From Escherichia coli (GTDB lineage: Bacteria; Pseudomonadota; Gammaproteobacteria; Enterobacterales; Enterobacteriaceae): a stretch of DNA of 64,000 nucleotides. Of the stretch, positions 42,369-52,218 are shown piece by piece (the stretch's first letter is position 1; each line of letters opens with the position of its first letter). The notes below the pieces were generated by a model, which ran no database searches, was not told the DNA's origin, and saw only the letters and a list, made by a program, of their open reading frames with translations. The stretch lies in the NCBI RefSeq assembly GCF_044324785.1, contig NZ_CP172127.1. One strand, 5' to 3'. A program made the position numbers and the translations under genes.

Positions 42369-43781
42369 TTACCAACCGGAGGATGAGGGAACGTATATTT
42401 CTGTTTCTTCGCGGACCAATGCCGGGCAATGCATACACATCATCAGCGCATCAGCCAGGTTAGGAGATGGAATACCGAGCTTCTGCTTCATTTCGACCTT
42501 AGTCATTAGCTCCAGCTTCCCGTTGTTATTGAATTTGCGCTGAATCTGCGTCAGTTCTGCAAACAGCTTCTCCAGCATCTTCTCGCCTATCGCTTCTTTG
42601 TCGAAACTCAGCATGTCGTCTGGGTCTGCATACTCACCGTGAACAACCGCCCGATATGTCAGATACAGCCTGTCAGCCAGCACGTAATAGAATTGCGCTC
42701 GCTTATTGCGGAATACATCGCCAATAGTGCGAACGTTGTCGCCCTGTACGACTTCATCAGCCCAAGCTCCGGACTGATACGGCGCATCTTCATCGAATGG
42801 CGATTCGCTACCCTTGAACATTGTGGCGGTGATTTTCTTGCCGGAGAACGCTTCCGTTGTCTGTCTGCGCAGCCCGGCACCAACACCATCACCATCCCAC
42901 AGGTAATGGTCAGCGCCGTCTTCAATCGCCAGCGAAGTAGCCCAGTCAGCACCCTCGTTGATGTCCATCAGCAGACCTTCGGCAATGCGCTTAACTACCG
43001 AACCGTGACGCGATGCATAACCTTTAGCATCTGGCCCTGTATCTGATGGGTCATGCGCAGAGACAACCGCGCCCTTCGCTTTCCATCCGAGTTTCTTGTG
43101 CGCATCGGTTGCAGCTTCAAGCCATTCACGTTTGATGATTGCCATATCACTTGCGCTTACCGGCTCACCCAGCCAGATGTGACGATACAGTGTCGGATTT
43201 CTGCGTTTGCACTCTTCCATCTCCAGACGGAGAACTTCAGGAAAGTGCGGGTTGTCGGTGTAGTTCACCGTCAGCAGACAAATATCATCAGGAGGATTTA
43301 CGACGAATCGCTGATAGGTATCGTCGAGGATGTTCTTCGGGTTAAAGCTCACCCATATTTCAGAGAACGGCTTACGGATGGTTGGAATCAGGATATCCCA
43401 TGATTCCTTCGTTACCGCTTCCGCTTCTTCCACCCAGCAGATATCAATGCCTTCGAGCGATTTAATCTTCGTCGGGTTGTTTTTGATGCCGTAGAACATG
43501 AATTCAGCATTCGTTCCGAGATGACGAATCATTGAACGCTGAATTTCAAACTCAGCCGAATACCCTTCACGCTCGATGGTATCTTCAAGCAACCGGATTA
43601 CCGAATCGCTGATACTGTTTTGCAGTTCACGAGCGCAGAGAATACGCACAGGCTGCCGACGCGCCGCTTCAACAAGCAGCCTCGCAATTGCCCATGACTT
43701 ACCGCTACCTCGACCGCCTTTGGCAACTTTGTAGCGATGCGCCTCAATGAACGGTTCAAAGATAGGATTAATCGAGGTCAT
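42369..43781 (-). CDS. Terminase large subunit, 470 aa
   Basis: Walker A motif KGGRGSGKS near the N-terminus; 4-bp overlap with the terminase small-subunit gene. Confidence 0.9.
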   Translation of the reverse strand: MTSINPIFEPFIEAHRYKVAKGGRGSGKSWAIARLLVEAARRQPVRILCARELQNSISDSVIRLLEDTIEREGYSAEFEIQRSMIRHLGTNAEFMFYGIKNNPTKIKSLEGIDICWVEEAEAVTKESWDILIPTIRKPFSEIWVSFNPKNILDDTYQRFVVNPPDDICLLTVNYTDNPHFPEVLRLEMEECKRRNPTLYRHIWLGEPVSASDMAIIKREWLEAATDAHKKLGWKAKGAVVSAHDPSDTGPDAKGYASRHGSVVKRIAEGLLMDINEGADWATSLAIEDGADHYLWDGDGVGAGLRRQTTEAFSGKKITATMFKGSESPFDEDAPYQSGAWADEVVQGDNVRTIGDVFRNKRAQFYYVLADRLYLTYRAVVHGEYADPDDMLSFDKEAIGEKMLEKLFAELTQIQRKFNNNGKLELMTKVEMKQKLGIPSPNLADALMMCMHCPALVREETEIYVPSSSGW

Positions 43782-44218
43782 TTTCCGAATAGAGTGCTCA
43801 TCGGTGATGTTTCAATCTGAATTGCGCCGCCGTCTTTGCCTGTTAGCTCGTGATCAACCTTGTCGCGCCATTTATCCTTCTGTCGGTTCTTAAGCCAGAA
43901 GATGGCGGCGGTTGTATCAGGCGGGTAATACTTCTCAAGCGGAGTTTCGACAATTCTGTTTTCAATAACACGAATATCGATGTCTGGAGCCACAAACCCC
44001 ATAGCGCGTTGATAAAGACGGTCACTAACTTCTGCATCAGCGACGGCCTTACCCTTTTTTATGGACTCCGAAAACTTAGGATAATCAAGCTTCCACTTGT
44101 TAATAGTTGACTCACTGACTTCAAAGAAATCAGCAAGTTCTGCATCGGTGTAGCCCAGCAAGCACAGTTTGCGTGCCTGTTCGGCATACGCCTCTTGATA
44201 CTTTGTTGGGCGCGCCAT
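43778..44218 (-). CDS. Terminase small subunit (Sf6-type), 146 aa
   Basis: N-terminal HTH and the C-terminal tail ELTGKDGGAIQIETSPMSTLFGK, as in the Sf6 small terminase as I recall it. Confidence 0.8.
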   Translation of the reverse strand: MARPTKYQEAYAEQARKLCLLGYTDAELADFFEVSESTINKWKLDYPKFSESIKKGKAVADAEVSDRLYQRAMGFVAPDIDIRVIENRIVETPLEKYYPPDTTAAIFWLKNRQKDKWRDKVDHELTGKDGGAIQIETSPMSTLFGK

Positions 44219-44220
44219 GT

Positions 44221-44463
44221 TTATGCTCCGGTAGTGAACAGGTCTAACGCTTCCTTCGATTTACGCACCGCTTCGATTGTGCGGGTCGTGATATCTGAAT
44301 TAGCGCCGCCTGACTGGAAGTGAATTTTGAATAGCTCAAGCTTCAGCTCGTCAGTGCCGATGAACTGAAATGCTTCCTCTGCGGCTGCGTTCTGGTTCAT
44401 TACCAGTTTGTAAATCTCTAACTGGAATTTCTGTTCTTCAGTCATGGGAATAATCTCTGCCAT
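44221..44463 (-). CDS. Hypothetical phage protein, 80 aa
   Basis: ORF directly upstream of the terminase small-subunit gene. Confidence 0.45.
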   Translation of the reverse strand: MAEIIPMTEEQKFQLEIYKLVMNQNAAAEEAFQFIGTDELKLELFKIHFQSGGANSDITTRTIEAVRKSKEALDLFTTGA

Positions 44464-44566
44464 TGTTGGCTCCGTTTATCCGTTAAAAGGGATATCAGTT
44501 AAGTTATCCCGTGTAGGGTATAAGCCATTATCAAAGCCACTCAGTAAGGAATGGCTTTTGTAATAA

Positions 44567-44938
44567 CTACTGTTCGCTTAGCTTCTGCTTCAGCAAGTAA
44601 CCTTCAAGCATCCAGATTTTGTTTACAGCATTCTGCCGGGCAATCTTCCGACCAATTTCTGCATCAAAATTTTCCGGACTTGCACAGGCACTCTCTCCGG
44701 TGACGGTGAAGCCGTTGCGCAGCACCAGGACGCAGAACGTCAGCAGAGAAAGTGATTCGTGCGGCTGGTAGTTTACCTCTCCGCCAGTATGTTTCGCTTT
44801 TATGGCTTTGCCAAAGGCACCATCCTCTGCTGTGAAATATGCCTCCTGAGCAATAATTCCTTCGATATGGTCTGGCGTAACGCGCGGTGCCGTTTTGCCT
44901 TTCTCAACGATTTCTTTTTCGATTTGCTGGTCGTTCAT
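44567..44938 (-). CDS. Hypothetical phage protein, 123 aa
   Basis: ORF with a plausible start; unknown function. Confidence 0.45.
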   Translation of the reverse strand: MNDQQIEKEIVEKGKTAPRVTPDHIEGIIAQEAYFTAEDGAFGKAIKAKHTGGEVNYQPHESLSLLTFCVLVLRNGFTVTGESACASPENFDAEIGRKIARQNAVNKIWMLEGYLLKQKLSEQ

Positions 44939-45117
44939 AATTATGACCCTGTAGAGTGGTTGCTTGATTAGGATGTATTTCCATCAGTCCGCCACCACAA
45001 AGAATCTTTTTTGCCATAAGGCAGGAGGTTCATCTTTCAGTGGCTGCCAGTGTTATTTTTCCCACTTACTGGCTTGGGTTGTTTCGCTGTACTGCCGTTA
45101 ATTGGTGAGTCCGGGGA

Positions 45118-45603
45118 TTATTTCAGTTCGTTACCAGGCATTTCTTTTAGCTCTTTCAAATGACAACGATTGAGACTAAACCACTCCCCGTGCGACCTAT
45201 AGTTGTAATATTTTTGGTGCAATTTGGTTTCAAGCTCTCTATCGGCCGGAATCTTTGCAATTAGACTTAGCTTCCCACCACTCATGCGAGATATCTCTGA
45301 AATTCGTTTATTAACCCTGCGACTAAACCCTATTTTTGTTAGCCCACTATCTTCAGCATGCAGAACGTACACATATGATTTTTGCGAAGCACTGGGTGCG
45401 ACTTTGTTGTAATTAATCATGTCAAACATGAAGCCTTGCTTTAGCAAAGTTTCAAAAAAGATAGAATTAACACACCCATTCCTTCTCAGCTCTGAACTTA
45501 GCTTGTCAATTTCCTCTATGATGTCGCCAGACCCCTTTCCACTTATAAGAAAATCTTGGTACATGCGACCAATTCTTGAGGTAATTTCAACAAAGTTATT
45601 CAT
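45118..45603 (-). CDS. T5orf172 (GIY-YIG-like) domain protein, 161 aa
   Basis: C-terminal half YVYVLHAEDSGLTKIGFS...RISEISRMSGGKLSLIAKIP...ELETKLHQKYYNYRSHGEWFSL fits the T5orf172 pattern; strongly AT-rich relative to its neighbours. Confidence 0.6.
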   Translation of the reverse strand: MNNFVEITSRIGRMYQDFLISGKGSGDIIEEIDKLSSELRRNGCVNSIFFETLLKQGFMFDMINYNKVAPSASQKSYVYVLHAEDSGLTKIGFSRRVNKRISEISRMSGGKLSLIAKIPADRELETKLHQKYYNYRSHGEWFSLNRCHLKELKEMPGNELK

Positions 45604-45943
45604 AGCGTTTACCTTTTAGAAAGTGAGCCTGTCTCACAGAAAAGCCGCCCGAGAGAGGTCGCCACCTATAACGGCATTTCTCAGGCTCGCTTACTGAAAG
45701 GCTCTCGTTAATATGCGCGTGAGATGCGCTGTGAGATTCAGATATAAAAAAGCCCCGCGAATGCGAGGCTAAATCCTGGTGTTTGTGATGACTGGCTCTT
45801 ATCTCAACGCAGCCCCTTACCGCGCGCCAGATGCTCAATATCAAGCATCAGCAATGAGATGTTTAATCTGGATTCACTCCAGAAGTGATCACCACCCTGT
45901 CTACAGAGCCAGATGTGAAGGATGATGAGTAAAATTATCGCTA

Positions 45944-46381
45944 TCATCGAAGGCATTGCATCCTGATGTACTCCTGCAGGTAGTTAACCTGCGCGGTTAT
46001 CTTGTCGATTCCACTTCGGAGACGGTAATAATTGAGTTCAGCATCTGCTGTAAGTCCTGGGCTTTCTCCATCGCCCATGCCGCCGGCTCCGGTCGTTGAC
46101 TTTGCACAGGTGGCGGCGACTTGCAGGCGCTTACGCCCAGCAGAAACATCAGCACGGAGACTTTCGATAGTCGCGTTAGCATCAGCAAGCTCCTTTGTGT
46201 ATCTGGCGTCAAGTTCTGCTACATCACGTTGACGCTTCTGCATGTCAGCGATGATGGATGCGGCCTTATCGCGCTGCTCTTTGTAGGCGATGGCGTTATC
46301 ACGGTAATGATTAACAGCCCATGACAGGCAGACGATGATGCAGATAACCAGAGCGGAGATAATCGCGGTTAACCGACTCAT
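45944..46381 (-). CDS. i-spanin Rz (from ATG 46381)
   Basis: [39 protein letters not shown]... is near-identical to the lambda Rz N-terminus as I recall it. Confidence 0.85.
   Translation of the reverse strand: MSRLTAIISALVICIIVCLSWAVNHYRDNAIAYKEQRDKAASIIADMQKRQRDVAELDARYTKELADANATIESLRADVSAGRKRLQVAATCAKSTTGAGGMGDGESPGLTADAELNYYRLRSGIDKITAQVNYLQEYIRMQCLR
45997..46212 (-). CDS. o-spanin Rz1 (lipoprotein embedded in the +1 frame of Rz)
   Basis: Lipobox LLGVSAC followed by a Pro-rich region; lies entirely within Rz in another frame; the true start is probably an internal Met. Confidence 0.7.
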   Translation of the reverse strand: MTPDTQRSLLMLTRLSKVSVLMFLLGVSACKSPPPVQSQRPEPAAWAMEKAQDLQQMLNSIITVSEVESTR

Positions 46382-46469
46382 GACATCAACACCCCAACGG
46401 CCAGAAACCACGGCCACGCATCGTTGCCATTAAATGCGAGCAACGCTGCCATGAAAAAGCAAATCATGC

Positions 46470-46973
46470 TCATTGCTGCCCCCACAAACAGACTTCACGC
46501 TCAATCTCACGACGAGTCATCAGCCCTTTCCATTGCTTACCTCCAGCGTATGTCCAGCGACGTAGCTGGTCACATGCACCTTTGATATCGCCCTGGTTTA
46601 TTTTGCGAAGAAGCGTCGATGTTCTGAAATTGCCTGCACCCACGTTGTAGACGAACGAGTAAAGAGCGCCGCGCGTTGTTTCCGGTATATCGACTTTGAT
46701 GTACGGGTTAATTTGTCTGGCGACAGTGGCAAGGTCTTTATTCAGGAGGGCTTTGCACTCTGCTTCGGTATACGCTTTACCGAGCATGATGTCTTTTCCG
46801 GTGTGTCCGTGACATACAGTCCATACACCAACAATATCTTTGTATGGTATGTAGCTGACACCTTCCAGGCCATCGTTACCACTTGGTCCAGTGATTAACA
46901 CAGATGCTATAGCAATAGCCCCGCCACTTATCGCCGCTATTACGCTATTTCGTAGTGCCGGTGACATTGCCAT
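46470..46973 (-). CDS. SAR endolysin (phage 21 R-type lysozyme)
   Basis: N-terminal Gly/Ala-rich signal-anchor-release domain ([19 protein letters not shown]) followed by a T4-lysozyme-like catalytic triad region ([23 protein letters not shown]). Confidence 0.85.
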   Translation of the reverse strand: MAMSPALRNSVIAAISGGAIAIASVLITGPSGNDGLEGVSYIPYKDIVGVWTVCHGHTGKDIMLGKAYTEAECKALLNKDLATVARQINPYIKVDIPETTRGALYSFVYNVGAGNFRTSTLLRKINQGDIKGACDQLRRWTYAGGKQWKGLMTRREIEREVCLWGQQ

Positions 46974-47148
46974 TCAATCTGTCCTCGCGCTCTTTGCGCT
47001 TGTAGTACCAGTTGATGCCAAATGTGCCGACAGTACAAAGAATACCAATGATGACAGCCCAGTCATTCAGGGAGAGAATGCCACCCATCGCAGTCAGTCC
47101 TCCGAAACTGTAACTGAACCATTCTCTGATTTTGTCCATACGGTACAT
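46945..47148 (-). CDS. Class II holin (pinholin-like) with dual-start motif
   Basis: 67 aa with two TM helices; N-terminus M-Y-R-M gives two in-frame starts separated by a basic residue; overlaps the endolysin start. Confidence 0.7.
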   Translation of the reverse strand: MYRMDKIREWFSYSFGGLTAMGGILSLNDWAVIIGILCTVGTFGINWYYKRKEREDRLNGNVTGTTK

Positions 47149-47392
47149 GCTCTACCCCTTCATTGAGGGGATTTGCTCTATTTAATTAGGAATAAGGTCG
47201 ATTACTGATAGAACAAATCCAGGCTACTGTGTTTAGTAATCAGATTTGTTCGTGACCGATATGCACGGGCAAAACGGCATGAGGTTGTTAGCGCAGCCTC
47301 TTGCCACCCGCTTTCACGAAGGTCATGTGTAGAAGGCCGCAGCATAACTATCACTGATGAATTCAGGATAGCCAGTGGCTACGGCTCAGTTA

Positions 47393-47468
47393 TGGTGCTG
47401 GTTAACGGACTTGAACCGCTAGCCATTCGCTTACAAGGCGACCGCTCTACCATTGGAGCTAAACCAGC
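47393..47468 (-). tRNA. Prophage-encoded tRNA (76 nt; anticodon read as UGU, Thr)
   Basis: Hand fold of GCTGGTT...AACCAGCACCA: 7-bp acceptor stem, D-arm GCTC/GAGC, T-arm AGCGG-TTCAAGT-CCGTT, CCA encoded; the anticodon stem has one mismatch. Confidence 0.55.
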
Positions 47469-47473
47469 ATGTT

Positions 47474-47548
47474 TGGCGGGACAGCGTGGACTCGAACCAC
47501 GATAAGAAGGTTAACAGCCTTCCGTAATGACCTTTATACGACTGACCC
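47474..47548 (-). tRNA. Prophage-encoded tRNA-like gene (75 nt; anticodon read as GUU, Asn), possibly degenerate
   Basis: T-arm CGTGG-TTCGAGT-CCACG and anticodon arm GAAGG-CTGTTAA-CCTTC are clean; the acceptor and D stems each have one mismatch; CCA encoded. Confidence 0.45.
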
Positions 47549-47611
47549 GAATAAAAAAAGCCACCGTTGCAACTTAAGAGTCACTAACGGCAGCTTACCT
47601 TCTAATTATTG

Positions 47612-48130
47612 CTAAATGGATAATTGCATGTCAAGGCTTTTAACAGCAACATGCTTAACTTTCTCAACACGTTTACGCATTTTGAAAGCATTTTGCATTG
47701 GCTGGTACAAAACAAATAACGATGCTTTCAGGATGTCGTCAATTTCGTTTCTACAGGTTGCCAGTGAAGGTTTTCTCCATCCCTCGCCACCACGTCCACA
47801 CATCTTGCGTGGCTTTGCAGTCGCGTGATAGTAGGATGCAATTGCTCGCTTAGATGAACCATGAGCGTAGTAGCTGAGGAGGATGCCAAAGGCTTTCTTG
47901 TCAATGCACATGACGGAATCGACGACCTGAGAAATCAACATTCCATCATCATCATTGCACATTGGCCTTGTCATAACTCTTCCCGGCTCTACGCTCTCCA
48001 TGAACTTCGCTATTACGCTGCTCATGCGCTTTTCCAGACGACCTGAATAAACCCATGCGCCCCACAGTTCAAGCCAGCCATTCAGCCACTCATGCTGTTC
48101 TTTGGTGAGGTTTAGTTCTCTTATGCCCAC
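47612..48130 (-). CDS. Late-gene antiterminator Q (933W/phage-21 type)
   Basis: Shares the WGAW...RP-C-DDD...LL-YY pattern with 933W Q as I recall it; positioned between the nin region and the tRNA/lysis genes. Confidence 0.7.
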   Translation of the reverse strand: MGIRELNLTKEQHEWLNGWLELWGAWVYSGRLEKRMSSVIAKFMESVEPGRVMTRPMCNDDDGMLISQVVDSVMCIDKKAFGILLSYYAHGSSKRAIASYYHATAKPRKMCGRGGEGWRKPSLATCRNEIDDILKASLFVLYQPMQNAFKMRKRVEKVKHVAVKSLDMQLSI

Positions 48131-48792
48131 TCGCCTTCTCCCTGTACCTGAATCAATGTGAGGTTTCCGCAGAACACTGAGCCGGTATCGATATACATTT
48201 GGTTGGCAAATTTAAGTGGTTTCACTGCTGGCGTATGACCAAAGATAAACGTGTCCGCGCCTTTAATTTCTTTCACGATCCCGTCTTGTGAGTTGCTGAT
48301 TCGTTCGCGGTTCCAGATTACCTGCTGATGATCAACTGGCTTTCCAAATTCGTATTCGTCACAAGGATAATCGGCGTGGCAGATGACATATTTTTTACCT
48401 TTGCTCACCAGTTCGATGATTAACGGAAGTTCTTCTGCTTTATGGGCAAGAGCTTTAGCCAGAATTTCTTTGTCGTAATCGAGATTAAAGAACCAACTAC
48501 CGCCATTAAGCAGCCAGTGATTGACGTTTCCACGCTCTGATAAGCCATCAATCATCATTTGCTCATGGTTTCCACGTACAGCTCGGAACCAGGGGAATGT
48601 GATTAATTCCAGACATTCGACGTTCTCTGTACCGCGATCGACCAAATCGCCAACCGAGATAAGCAGGTCTTTTTTGGTGTCGAATCCTATCGTCTCCAGT
48701 TTTTTCATCAGGTTCGTGTAGCATCCGTGCAGATCGCCAACTACCCAAATATTTCGGTATTTGCTGCCATCAATTCTTTCGTAATAGCGCAT
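48121..48792 (-). CDS. Ser/Thr protein phosphatase NinI (lambda PPase-like), from ATG 48792
   Basis: [29 protein letters not shown]...GDLVDRG...GNHE metallophosphatase motifs; near-identical to lambda NinI as I recall it. Confidence 0.85.
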   Translation of the reverse strand: MRYYERIDGSKYRNIWVVGDLHGCYTNLMKKLETIGFDTKKDLLISVGDLVDRGTENVECLELITFPWFRAVRGNHEQMMIDGLSERGNVNHWLLNGGSWFFNLDYDKEILAKALAHKAEELPLIIELVSKGKKYVICHADYPCDEYEFGKPVDHQQVIWNRERISNSQDGIVKEIKGADTFIFGHTPAVKPLKFANQMYIDTGSVFCGNLTLIQVQGEGEWA

Positions 48793-48976
48793 CTCTTTCA
48801 CTCCATCCGCGATGAACCATGAGAACGTCGTTGACGATGGCGTGCATTTTCCCGTCTTTATCATCAACGTATTTTCTGACCGTACCGCGACTACATTTCA
48901 GTCTGCGTGCTACTTCTGTCTGGTTTCCGTATGCTTCAACGAGCATGTCTGGAATGGTTTTTACTGAGAACGTCAT
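48770..48976 (-). CDS. NinH (68 aa)
   Basis: [37 protein letters not shown] matches lambda NinH. Confidence 0.8.
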   Translation of the reverse strand: MTFSVKTIPDMLVEAYGNQTEVARRLKCSRGTVRKYVDDKDGKMHAIVNDVLMVHRGWSERDALLRKN

Positions 48977-49584
48977 GCGGCCTCACTTCTGCTATTTCGC
49001 AGGTCTTTGAGTTTCTGTTGGTACTCTGCCTTGATCGCCTTGCACTCTTCGACAGTCCAGCGATGGCGGTTATGGTTTGATTCGATTTCGTCTACTGCTT
49101 CCTGCCCGATCCGGTTAATCAGTTCGACGCGATACGGAACGAGATTTCCGCTTTTATGCTGGTTGCACACCACGCATTGCTTGTGAATATTGCGTTCATC
49201 AAATCGGAGTTGAGGTGCCGCAGCAGTTGTCCGGTAATGCCCGGCATCCCACTGAGCAGACGTGAGCGTTCCGCATGAGATACATGGTAAGTCGCGGTCT
49301 CTTTCTCTGATGAAGGCGTTTACGGCTTGTTGGGCTTGTTTAATCCAGTAACTGCGGGGCTTTAAGGCGAGTTTTCGAATCTTAAGTTTATCTTTCTGTT
49401 TCTGCTCCTCTCGTCGTCGTTTCTTCTCTGCTGCTTTTTCCGCTTTTTCGCGTTCTTTGCTTCGTCATTCGAGTGCTATCTTGGTTCCACACTCTGGAGA
49501 GCACCACCACTGATTAGCGAATGCAGGGTGAAACCATTCCCGGCATTCATCGTTTTTACATCGTCTTCGCGCTGGTTTAGCCAT
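48973..49584 (-). pseudogene. ninG (rap) with an in-frame TGA at codon 40
   Basis: [39 protein letters not shown]-[TGA][21 protein letters not shown]... continues in the same frame to 48973 (203 codons in total); the stop is at 49465-49467 on the minus strand. Confidence 0.75.
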
Positions 49585-49853
49585 TATGGTTCGCTCCAGT
49601 AATTCTCAATTGCAGCAGCCATTCTCTGCATCCACTCTGCCAGCTTTAACGCGGCTTCTCTTTCAGAACCACATTTAGGGAAATCCTTCATTTCCATGCT
49701 GGCCTTATATGTTCTGAATGCCAGGTCTCCGGTAATAACCAGCTCCTGATCAAGCACAGAGCGTTTATTCCGGTGTTGAACGTAATAGACAGATTCAGTC
49801 CGCATTTCTTCTCTGTCTTTTTTGAAGGAAATAAGCTCAGAGAAATCACTCAT
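49584..49853 (-). CDS. Hypothetical nin-region protein, 89 aa
   Basis: ORF whose ATG overlaps the stop of the upstream NinF-like gene. Confidence 0.45.
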   Translation of the reverse strand: MSDFSELISFKKDREEMRTESVYYVQHRNKRSVLDQELVITGDLAFRTYKASMEMKDFPKCGSEREAALKLAEWMQRMAAAIENYWSEP

Positions 49854-50022
49854 CGTCTTCTTCCTCGTACATTGAGCTATTCGGATCGCTCATCAGTTCT
49901 GCGCAGCAATCGGCGCACACGTGAACTTCCAGCACATGCAGCTTCTGACCGCAGTTAGCGCACGTTAAAGCCCGCTCGACGCTTTCTTTCTGGTATTGAA
50001 GGGATTGGGATGGGCTAAGCAT
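49846..50022 (-). CDS. NinF-like small zinc-ribbon protein (58 aa)
   Basis: Hand translation [58 protein letters not shown]; below the 60-aa cutoff of the ORF track. Confidence 0.6.
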   Translation of the reverse strand: MLSPSQSLQYQKESVERALTCANCGQKLHVLEVHVCADCCAELMSDPNSSMYEEEDDE

Positions 50023-50438
50023 TATTGGATTCTCTGCATCCTGAGAAAGACAATCATGGCTGCGCGGAGAGGGTTGTCATCAAGAGTAATATGCTCACCA
50101 AAGCTATCAGCCTCCCACCATGACACTGCTTTCATGCCAGGGTTTGCTCGCTTGTATGCACATACGCTGATCATGTTTTCCATGATAATCGGCCATGCGT
50201 CTGCTGGGTTTGCGCATGGGTTAAAGGAACCGCGCTCAACTTCTACTTCAACTGCGTCTCCGTTTACAATGTCTCCCTCAAATGAGACAAACACCATATC
50301 GCCATTCTCACCTTCTTTGTAATCCGGTGATCCGTTATGAATGGCTTCGAATACCTCCACGTTAATTTCAAAATCACTTAACTGTGAATAATCCATTGTC
50401 ATTTCCTCGCACGATGTCTTAGCCACCGGATATCCCAC
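50022..50438 (-). CDS. Hypothetical nin-region protein, 138 aa
   Basis: ORF only; acidic. Confidence 0.45.
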
Positions 50439-50541
50439 AGGTGAGCCGTGTAGTTGAAGGTTTTTACGTCAGATTCTTTTGGGATTGGCTTGCGTTTATT
50501 TCTGGAGCGTTTCGTTGGAAGGTATTTGCAGTTTTCGCAGA

Positions 50542-50733
50542 TTATGTCGGTGATACTTCGTCGCTGTCTCGCCATACGTCCTCCTTTTCCTGCGGTAGTG
50601 GTAAAACTCCTGTTGGTGTTCTTTCACACCGGAGACACCATCGATTCCAGTAAGGTTGCCCGGGTCGAAAGCGATCGCCTTCCTTTCGCTCTCCACATCG
50701 ATAACAGTGCTTCATGCGATCACCATTTTGCAT
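50542..50733 (-). CDS. Small zinc-ribbon protein (about 57-63 aa)
   Basis: [32 protein letters not shown]; frame choice between two overlapping ORFs is uncertain. Confidence 0.35.
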
Positions 50734-51302
50734 GGTTTAATCGCCATGCCGGTAGCCAGTTCAAAATCGGAGTCGCACTGATTGCCCCACATATCCCACC
50801 CGGTCACTTTGTCGCGGCTAAATAACTCACAGCGCGGCACGTCGCCAAGCAACTTAGCTAACATGTCTCTTACGATCGGTGGTTTTGCACTGTGCTCCAT
50901 TCTCGGTGCGGTAAAGTGCTGGCATATGGAAGCGTCCATTCTCTCAGGCAACCGCCCTCGAACAGCAAACAAGCAATCCTCGCTATTTGCCCTGGTCATA
51001 TGCCCCATTCCGATCGCACTGTTGCCTTTGTGCTTATTGGTTTTGTGCCAGGTAAAGCCTTTCATAGTCATCAACCTGAATCCCCACGCCTCAACTACCT
51101 TTAGCGCTTCGGCTGGCTGTGTCGGCACCCACCACATCGCTAACAAGCAAGATTCTGGATCCGCTAAATCCCATACTGGCAGTCGGCAAATGTCCTGAAC
51201 ATTCATAACATCGTATTTATGTCCAGCACCGCGATTGCCATCGTTGGCTTTGTCGCGATATTGCCAAGGCGGATCTGCGTAAATAAGTCGGTATTTGTTC
51301 AT
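50712..51302 (-). CDS. Phage DNA N6-adenine methyltransferase (MT-A70-like, DPPW motif)
   Basis: [15 protein letters not shown]... catalytic DPPW near the N-terminus; 196 aa. Confidence 0.8.
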   Translation of the reverse strand: MNKYRLIYADPPWQYRDKANDGNRGAGHKYDVMNVQDICRLPVWDLADPESCLLAMWWVPTQPAEALKVVEAWGFRLMTMKGFTWHKTNKHKGNSAIGMGHMTRANSEDCLFAVRGRLPERMDASICQHFTAPRMEHSAKPPIVRDMLAKLLGDVPRCELFSRDKVTGWDMWGNQCDSDFELATGMAIKPCKMVIA

Positions 51303-51739
51303 GCAGCTTTATCTCCCCATCTCGCTTTCCACTCCAGAGCCAGTCGCGCTTCGTCTGACCACTTAACGCCACGTTCTGTACCGAATGCCTGTATAAGCTC
51401 TAATAGCTCCGCAAATTCGCCTACACGCATCCTGCTGGTTGACTGGCCTATTACCACAAAGCCATTCCCGGCAAGGTTAGGAACAACATCCTGCTGCTTT
51501 AATGCTGCGGTAAACACACACTTCCAGCTTTCTGCATCCAGCCAGCGACCATGCCATTCAACCTGACGAGAGACGTCACCAAGGCAAGCCCAAAGCTTTC
51601 GATTCTGGTCTAAGCTGCGGTTGCGTTCCTGGATGGTCACTACGATTGGTTTGGTTGGGTCTGGAAGAATTTGCTGTATCGCGTGAATAGCGTTTTGCTG
51701 ATGAATGGGGCTTCTTAGTTCAAACGTTAGTTTCCTCAT
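51299..51739 (-). CDS. NinB recombination protein
   Basis: 146 aa matching lambda NinB as I recall it (IVVTIQERNRSLDQNRKLWACLGDVS...). Confidence 0.8.
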   Translation of the reverse strand: MRKLTFELRSPIHQQNAIHAIQQILPDPTKPIVVTIQERNRSLDQNRKLWACLGDVSRQVEWHGRWLDAESWKCVFTAALKQQDVVPNLAGNGFVVIGQSTSRMRVGEFAELLELIQAFGTERGVKWSDEARLALEWKARWGDKAA

Positions 51740-51974
51740 TGCTCACCTTCTGCACGCATGGATTAATTAACGCCAAAATAGCTTCTGGTTTCTCAATAAC
51801 ATCGAACCGCTCACCACTTGCCATTCTTACAATCGTAATCCCGGCCTCAAATATGGTTTCGATGTTGTCAGAGTTAACGTACAAGGGCTCATATGCACTT
51901 CTGGTGCTTTCTATCACGCCTGTGCTTGGTGGCTGATAGATGCTGCATTGCATGGTTAATTTTATAAATGGCAT
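51720..51974 (-). CDS. Hypothetical phage protein, 84 aa
   Basis: ORF only. Confidence 0.4.
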   Translation of the reverse strand: MPFIKLTMQCSIYQPPSTGVIESTRSAYEPLYVNSDNIETIFEAGITIVRMASGERFDVIEKPEAILALINPCVQKVSNEETNV

Positions 51975-51978
51975 ATAC

Positions 51979-52218
51979 TCACTCCTTCACTTTGACTCCA
52001 GCAGCGCGGATGGCGCTCTGCACCTCGCTTACATACAGATATGGGGTTCGCCCACTATGCATGGTAAAGCTTTCAGGAAGCTCAATCTCGATAGCTGCTC
52101 GCGATGCCTGCCATAAAGCCCACCACTCATTTAAGGAGTGACGAATATCCATGCTTGAAAATGCGAAGTACCTATCACCATTTCTTGCCTCGGTTATCAT
52201 CTCGAATGGTAATCTCAA
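51979..52218 (-). CDS. Hypothetical phage protein, 79 aa
   Basis: ORF only. Confidence 0.4.
   Translation of the reverse strand: MRLPFEMITEARNGDRYFAFSSMDIRHSLNEWWALWQASRAAIEIELPESFTMHSGRTPYLYVSEVQSAIRAAGVKVKE

Noticed and set aside
45596-45940. 82-aa ORF (45596-45844, minus strand) and a lambda bor-like gene between Rz and the T5orf172 gene
   Set aside because: The translation is His/Ser-rich with no lipoprotein signal and no RBS; the region reads better as non-coding spacer.
47149-47392. Shiga-toxin or other cargo between the tRNAs and holin, as in 933W
   Set aside because: Only 244 bp with no ORF of useful length; no toxin gene can be present.
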